64,000 bases of DNA from Phoronis australis (Eukaryota; Animalia; Phoronida). Shown piece by piece: positions 51,401 through 60,400 of this stretch. The stretch is taken from NCBI GenBank assembly GCA_002633005.1, contig NMRA01000385.1, positions 251,839 to 315,838 of the forward strand. Direction: 5' to 3'. Within the stretch, counting starts at the first letter, position 1, and every line of letters starts with the position of its first letter. A model generated the notes under the pieces. It worked only from the letters and a program-made list of their open reading frames with translations. It searched no databases and was not told the DNA's origin. Made by a program: the position numbers and the translations under genes.

Positions 51401-54400
51401 GTGTGAGAAGTACTTAAGTGAAATTAATAAACGCTAGGCATACAAACAGCTTAACTGTAAAAGCAACAAAAATGTTTATTGAACTGCATTCTACTAAGTC
51501 ATTTGATTCAATGAAAAACTGCAATACAGACTACACAAGCACTAACTATAAAGCAGACTGATGTTAAACAAGCAATTTTCATGACTTGATTCAGTGTCAG
51601 TGGTTGTAAGTGTCAAAGTGGGCTTACCCAGGCTTATGAGGACTCCCATTGTGCCGTGTGATCATTTTGTGAATATTTTTTCTTTTGATGTGGGAAGTAA
51701 TGAAAGGTACGACCAGTGTATACTCTGTTATTACTGTTGCTTGCAGAACACATTATTTGGCACATTTAGTACTGAAAACCTTGTCTGCACACAAGCATAG
51801 TGATCACATTTGTCTGCTGACTAGCTTATCCTTGTTTTCCATTTGTCTCATTAACTTTTGAGATTGGTCTGTATAGTTTGGATTGTCCATTCTCTGTGTT
51901 TTGCTTGATAGTCCAAATATCGCATGGTGCAGTAACCATGAGGTCTTCATGTTCAAATGTCTTGGAAAAGTCCTGCAATGTCTGACATGAATAATGAATA
52001 TAATGGCAAGATGAGGATAACTATAGGATATGTTTGGTTCTTGGAACCACCAACAGTCCACCTGTGACCTGGATACATGGAGATTAAAGACAGTAAGACT
52101 TCACGGCGTATTTTTTAGCTAAATTTTTTATGTTGGCATATCATTAACTTGGGAATTTCTGTTCAAGGTTTCCAGCGTGGTAATAGGACAAAAGTTTGGT
52201 TTGCGAAAATGTGGGCAAGAGATATTGAGGAATCAAAGCACGAGTGGGCCAAGCTAATCAATGACCCCACCAAGTCAGAGGTCACGTACATCATACATGT
52301 TTATCCTGACCCTGATGACCCCAAGGGTAAAGATTGGAGAATGACCTTGTATGAGAATGGTGAAGAATCCATCACTCTTACAGGTGAGTGAAGGTTCTTT
52401 TTGTCAGTACATGCCACTCATAAGGAACCCAGTCCAGGTAAAAAAATAACCACCTCCCAAGGTAAGAGTTTGCTAATGCGAACACAGTAGCCCATTGAAT
52501 TCAGTCCAGCTGCTTGGGCTGCTAGTGGTCACCTTTAGGACACCTCATTATGTCATAAAACTGGATGTGCCTGTTGGAAGTTGGCAGCCCAACCAGCTTG
52601 CTCTCTGTTGTGTTGGCAGGAAATGGGATAATACAAACTTGGGCTTCAGTTCACAAATTTAATTGGGTTTGGCTGGAATTCTCACTTTGTTCTGTCATAT
52701 GCATCTTGATGCCGTTCCACATTAAAAAAAATTTGCCATAATTTGTAAGGTCTAGCAAGTGAAATTCTATTATATTGTAAATGACTCATTTTTTCTATGT
52801 GCACTTGCCTTTTGCATACTATAGTTATTAACAAGAGGTTGTTAGCTACAGTACAATTAGACAAAAGTAGTCAGACAAAATAGCATTTATGATCGACAGA
52901 TGTCCCGAATAATGATACTTGCATCACAAGCCCGTTACCAGAGATGAAAAGGAGACCGTGGTAGGCAATATAAGGTCATTTATCACGACTAATACAATTA
53001 CAAATAATAGATAGTGAACAAAAATAAGTAAAATACAAAATGTGTAATCTCTGGTAAGATGGGCAATAAAAAAGCACCACGCTTGAGGCACGTGGAGGTA
53101 CAAAAAATGCCGAAAAGGGAGACGGTAGGTTGGAAAAAATGTAGAAGTTTGGGAAGTACGTCAATGTGGCCAGCACAATAATAATGAACTGAAACACAAG
53201 ATTACACTAAAAAAGAGGATGCCTAAGCACACATGACCATCATTGTAAATGACTTTTGTGTTCTATGTGTGCTTGCGCATGCGCACCCTTTGCATACTAT
53301 AGTTATTAACAAGAGGTTGTTAGGTACAGTACAATTAGACAAAAGTAATCGGGCAAAATACCATTTTCGTGTTGTTATGGCTAAATTCTGTTAACCCCAA
53401 AAATCAATGGTATGAACTTTTAGGGCAGCAAATTTCTAACCGCAGAATGGCTTAGCCATCTTACTAACCTTCCTGTTAATTTTCTTTCATTTTTGGTCAT
53501 AAATGAAAACTACTGTGACAATGAATTTAGCATCCACCCAGCCTTCATGTCACGGAATTACAGGTCATTTTGTCTGAATACTTTCAGCTTGTGCTGTTAA
53601 AATCAAACTTGGCACATGCCACTATAGTCATAATGTGTTTATCAAAATACTTTATTTCGTGCAGCCTGGTATTGACAATTTCTTCTCTCCCAGGTGTTCG
53701 TCCTCCCAAGAAAGCTCACCCTGTCGTCCATACTTGGATGAAAGACAAGTACGTGCCTCGGAGAATTGACCCCTTCACCATCTATGAAACGTCAACTGTT
53801 GTGAGTGGAATGTCCGTACCACTTCCACCCACTCGGCCGTGCCATTATGGAAAGCCTTTCTATGATTTTGAAAGTCACATCGGCAAAGTTTATTTGGGCG
53901 TCAGTGACAACAACGAGAGGAATGCCACAACTAATATTGTTAACTTTACTCTCATTAATGAGACGTGTATCGGCTGTTATAGCGAATGTGACTTTAACTG
54001 TAACCCCAACTGTACAGATGCAGACAAGAACGACTTCACTCCTATCACGCTGAGGTTGACTGGTTTGAATCTCTCCGCAGGAGCAAATAAGACGATGTCA
54101 GATAATACCGTTGTTTATCAGCCTGCTGTTTATTTTGTGATTGTGAAAGTTGAGAGTCGATCTGGTCTCCAAGTCAACGCCACCACCAACGGCATTACAG
54201 TGGATATAACACCCCCTATCATTAAGAAAATGTCGTGCTTAGATCCTGGGTTTTCACTGGATCAGCCGACTACATTTTCTAGTAAGTTCAGTCTGTTGAA
54301 GGCACAGTTACTCCTTTGCTTACCACCTAAGACACAGTTTGTAATCCAAATTAGTCTACCACACAGAATATGTCACAAAATTTCCCTCAGTGCGGTAAAT

Positions 54401-57400
54401 ACTATTCAGTTCAGCACTCAAAATGGCTAGCATGTGGAATTTTTGTGAAAACTTCCAATGGAAGGAAATGTCGCAAAAAAGCTTAATGGCTTCATGTGAT
54501 TTGTAATGTCCAGCTGCTGTAAGGCTACACCTTGGTGAAATTTTGATCACTTTATCATATTAATGGATTCAGCCTTTGAAAATGATAAAAATGCTATTTG
54601 GAAATTATGATTATCTGGTATTATGTAAACATTTTCCCAATCACCCATGCAACTATTAATTGTTTCAGCCTGGACTTTGAATGTGTTAGGGTACCCTCAC
54701 TGCTACCTGTTGAATTGAGACCAGTTATAGTTAAAGAGGAACTGTTACTTTGTTGAGGCTCTCTGTGTCTAAATTTTGTTAAATTTTGACGTTGAACATT
54801 TTATTATGAATTCTGCTGCTGTACGTGTGTACTTGTATTCTTAGTGTAGCCTCAAACAACAATCAGAAGAGTGCTAAATCCTGCAAATTTATTCTAATTC
54901 TATTTTTAAGGCACTGCAAATACCATGGGTGCAATGTGGGATGTGGTTGAGATGGAAAGCTTAATGGCTGATCAGGAACTCGGACTGTTCAAGTCAGCAA
55001 GTCTTAAGGAGGCCATTGTCAACTACACCAGTGTTGGTCTGAGCGACAAAGGTGTTCTCAAGTTTGACAATGTCTCCGATGGTGACTACTATGTGGCACT
55101 ACGAGCAACCAATGTGGCTGGGCTGAGTAGTGTTAGATCATGTGTTTTAACAGTGAGTAAAATATTTCTATGGCTGAGTAGTGTGAGATCGTGTGCTTTA
55201 ACAGTGAGTAAAATATTTCTATGGCTGAGTAGTGTGAGATCATGTGTTTTAACAGTGAGTAAAATATTTCTATGGCTGAGTAGTGTGAGATTGTGTGTTT
55301 TAACAGTGAGTAAATTATTTCTATGGCTGAGTAGTGTGAGATTTTGTGTTTTAACAGTGTGTAAAATATTTCTATGGCTGAGTAGTGTTAGATCGTGTGT
55401 TTTAACAGTGAGTAAAATATTTCTATGGCTGAGTAGTGTGAGATCGTGTGCTTTAACAGTGAGTAAAATATTTCTATGGCTGAGTAGTGTGAGATCGTGT
55501 GTTTTAACAGTGAGTAAAATATTTCTATGGCTGAGTAGGTGAGATCGTGTGCTTTAACAGTGAGTAAAATATTTCTATGGCTGAGTAGTGTTAGATCGTG
55601 TGTTTTAACAGTGAGTAAAATATTTCTATGAAAGATTACTTCATGGAAAAATGTTTATTAGAGATGGTGTACTCTGTATGTCAACTTATTTTGTCCTTTC
55701 TATTTTTATTTTGAATGAACTCTTGATATGAGTCACTTACTGTCCTTCCTTGTCCATTGTGAAGTAGGAGCCAGTTCATTTGCTGTTGTTAAATTGGTAA
55801 TAAATGTACAGTCATGCAGCTATCGACTTTGAAAAGAACCTTGATATAGGCTCCATAAAAGTGCATGGTTCAAAAATAAATGAACTGGTTCGAGCAGTCT
55901 TTCATATTGAATACCCCACTGATATGCCATCAACTGGAAACATCTTTATCTTGACTTTATACGTGGTTCTGTTTTCCAAGTAGAGACCATTGCAATTGCT
56001 AATTAAAGTTGTAGAAGAAGTGCTTGAAAAGGGAATCCAAAATAAATCAATATATATAGTCAGTCATGCAGCTATTAAGTGGAACTTTCAGACTAATTCA
56101 TTTTCTCTGTGATTGCTTGGTCAAATTAGTTATAAACACAATTAACATATGGCGACAATGTGAATATGAAGTACGTTGAAAATTACCAAATGTTTTTAAA
56201 AATGATTTTTGTGGCGACAATGATCTGCTATGAGTCAATGAACCCCGTATCTAGCAAGTGCCATGACTTGGTGCTGGCGAATAACACTGCATGATGCTTG
56301 CTGTATGACATTAGTGCAAAGGTCACCTATTAGCAGATTTTTTTTTGTTTTCACATTTACAAGTTGCCAATCAATACATTAACTTTTTGCACTTTGTTTA
56401 GCATAGATTATGATTGTTAAAATAGTATTGCCGTTTTGTTCCTGGTGTACATTAGCATAGTTAGGAGTATGCAAATACATCTTTAAGTAGTCCCTCTTGT
56501 GAAATCACAGTATTATTCAGCACTGTGTCACTAATTAATGTAAGCAATTGGTGTTAATATAATGGCATTATTGTTGCCTGGATACCTGGACATCTTGGTA
56601 TTCAGGGAAATGAGGCAGCTGATCGATTAACTTGGTCCAAAACTTGAAGTTCCAAGGACTTGATCCAAAATTACCTAGCTGTCCCTTATGCATCCTGTGT
56701 TTTGCCGTGGGACTAAAGGACTATTGCATTTGCCCTAATAACCTCCCATGCCCCTATAAGCCCCCCACACATTTTCAAACTTTGCCTATGAACGTGTACG
56801 TGCAAAAAATGTCTTACCTACAGTCCTGAAACTCTACAGTACTGTCCTCAAAACATCAATAATATCCGACAGTCCTGAAAAAATCATTGTGCGCAGAATT
56901 TGTAGACCATGAACCTCACCACTATGTCGGTATTTAGCCTCGACTTTACACTTCAAACTTCCACCATGCCTCAAAACGAACACAAAAGTATTGCTGAGCG
57001 AGAAATGTGTCTCACGAAGGACATGCCTTTCAGAACAGACGTAGCGTACTTGTCAACGGGATTGTATTGTAGATATTTCCCACCCTCAACAGGAATTTTT
57101 TTGTACACGTGAAGACTAATATAAAACTTAGCCACTATTAAAAGCACGTGGCCAGGAAGCACGCGCTACATACCTCATCATCAAAGACATTAGTCGGGAA
57201 CTGTCCATTCATGAAACTGGTAGCATAGCATCGGTAAGAAATAAATATTGGCACTAATTTCCGCCAGTTTCTAATACTATAAGAAATGTTTGCGTTATTT
57301 TTACGAGGGATTGTTTGATTAATCATACACAGAAAAATAACTGTCACACAGTCACGTATGCATCCAGCCACAGGGCAAGTAATATGGGCCTTACCGATTG

Positions 57401-60400
57401 AGACAAATGTTTAACGTTTTTTAGCACATGAGACCGGCAAGTGCTAAATGAAAAACGTTCTGCTTTAGGCCTATTGCATGTGCTAATTTCTTTAGATACA
57501 ATAGCTCAGTAGAATAGTTTGCGTTTACTCTCTGGCAAATGCCAAACTCTGGTGACATGCACACCCTCGCTTACACATGCAGACGAACTTCAAAAGAAAC
57601 GTCACTTGACAACAACATCTGTGTTCGTCCATAGATTTTTCTGGTGTTGCCAATCACAGATGGCACGGTTTAGCACAGATTTTGACTTAATCTGCCATTA
57701 ATCCCGACTCCAGGGGAACTTCAAAATCTTAGGGACACTATCTGGAAAACTTATGAAGGATTTCAGGCAATTTGCTTGAGTTGAAACTGTATTGTATTTT
57801 TATTCAAGCATTCAAGTTGACGTTTTGACAATTGTGAGGCAAGACAGTCGGCGAATTTTTGCCCTGGGATTTCAGCACAATTTTCTGTAAAATGATCATA
57901 ATTTAATAGCAAAGTTTGATAGCAATGCACCACAGTTTTGTTGAAAGTCTGTCATAGGTTGCAGATACGTCACAGAGCATAAATATGATGAATCTTAGCT
58001 ACCGATTTCACCCGTTTCGGAGACCAGGTTTCAACCGCCTTGGGTTACAATAAGCACCTCTTGAAACGAATTTTTCTAAGCGTCCTGGGCAGTTATTAGG
58101 GCAAATACGGTAGTCGCTCAAATGATGGAAACCTTCTTGGACTAACAGGAATGACCACAGATTTAAGAACAAAATAATGCCCAGTCTTTATTACCACCAA
58201 GCTTTTGAGTCTGTCCTGGGTATTGCTTCATGAACAGTGACTTAAGATTTAAATTAAGTCAGAGATATTGTCTAGCGCTCCACACAACTATTTGTGGAAA
58301 ATAATTAAATCTCACTTGAAAAAGTCTAATAGCTAGTCTCTGAGAATACACACAAAGTGTAAGTGCTAGTTACTGAGATAACTTCTGTTAGTGAATTTAT
58401 TATACGCCCACATATTCATATGTGTATGCATTATGCCGTCATCTCCGTCCGACCGGGCACCGTTTGACGTATGTTCATGAATTCCGCACATGTATTTCTT
58501 TCATAAATGGGACGGCTTGAGCGAACATTCCTACGGATGCGACTACCGGTGTGTCCCCTAGTGGCAATTTTAGTTTTTTATGCTTACCTCTATATCTTAA
58601 AAGGTCTTCAGCGTATTTTCATAAAATTTGGCATGTAGGCATCTATTAGTGAGATGACACTATCCTCGCACTTTTGGATAGATTTAACGTAATTTGAACC
58701 ACCTAGTGGCCATTTTTACTGTTTTTAGGTCTGTTTTTAGGCTTCCACCCTCTATCAACCAAATCGGTCTAAGGATGATTGTGGAAATTGGCATGTATGT
58801 TGAACTTCTTACTATGAAGAGGACAGCTCATGAGGATTTTCCGATGATTTTGAAAACTGTGTTGCCTCTTAGTGGCAGTTTTTTTTATGCGCCCATGGCT
58901 GTATCTCTTAAACCATTTGCAGGATCTTCACTAAATTTAACAAGTGTATTTATGTGATGTTGACAAAGAACAACGACGACTTTTGGACAGATCTGACTAC
59001 TGTGTGCTCCCTGCGGGTGGTGGCAATTTTAGATTTTACGTTTACCTCTGTATTTTCAAGTTCCTCAACGGATGATCGCTATCCTCTCGTTTTTGGATGA
59101 AATTGAGGTATTTTGCGCCACCTAGTGGCCATTTTTGCTGTTTTCGAGTCTCGTTCTTGGCATCCACCCCTCTATCAACCAAATCATTCTAAGGATGATT
59201 TTGAAAATTGGTACATATGTTCTCTGTGTGAAGAGGATGGTTGACAATGACGACTTTGACTATTGTGGCGTCTCCAATATGGTAGTTTTGTTTTGCGCTC
59301 ATAGTTGTATCTCCTAAACCCACTGTTGGATCGTTATTAGTGTATTTATATGGAGCTAACAACAGACAATGACGACTTTCAGGCGGATCCAATAACACTG
59401 TGCCCCTTAGTGGCAATTTCATTTTATTCTGTTTTCCTTTGTTTCACTGAAGTTCCATGACAGATTTCTATGAAATTTGTGGTGAATAGCTTTGTATTGA
59501 AGAAGCTATGACATGTGCCAATTTTCAGATGGCTTGTACGTTTTTGCACCATCTAGTGGCCATTTTTATGACACATATAAACAACCCTAAATGCAAACCG
59601 TTCGTGATGCATTCGTGGGCGCATTTCAATGCTCCGCGTTGCTCTTGTGTTTAGACTGTCTTACTTTCTTAATTTGCTAAAACTTTTTCCAGTGATTGTG
59701 AAGTACGTGGGAGCGTGAGACCAATTTAAAATTTCTGTCTGAAGTCATTTTCATGAAACAGATCCCAGGTCTCTACTGCAAATAGTAATGCAGGTGATAA
59801 CAGCTCACTATAACCTGCAGAAATGTAAGAAAACAATAGGTTGAGCAACAAAGGCCTGCAGTTCCAAGTGCTGGCTGACATATGAAACACAAGAACACCA
59901 TGTTAGCCTGTGTTTTGCATTCCAAAGCATTAAAAAGAATGCTTTGGCGGTAAACCAACTTTTGTTGAGAAATTTTGTAGATAACAAAAACATTGAAATA
60001 CTTGCAAAATTTCTCAAGTAGGTTATTTATCTTGCTGTGTATGAGCAGTGAAATTTGGAGGGTCTAAGTAACAGCCTTTTTCCATCATATTTTGCAAAAT
60101 TCTGACACCATTGTCTTGATTATCACTAAAGGTCAATAGTAACAGTCCATTACGTGACATGTAAAATACCTAGAAAAGGATGGACTGTATTTTTTGATCC
60201 CCCATGTAGCTCACAGCTTTCGCCTGAGTGTGGCGTATCCCAGGAAGATGGCGGTCAGTGAAGAGATAGGTCATCACCCTGGTACCCCTAGTCAAGAACT
60301 TCCTTCACTGGTAACTGAGTTTATTCATATTTTCAGTTGAGCACACAAGCGCCCAATGTGACAGAAGTGGCTGTAGACATGCCAGGAACAAAGAAAGACC

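Noticed and set aside
54925-55542. Stand-alone 205-aa repeat protein
   Set aside because: The 5' part is an internal exon of the large gene; the repeats derive from the duplicated donor region.
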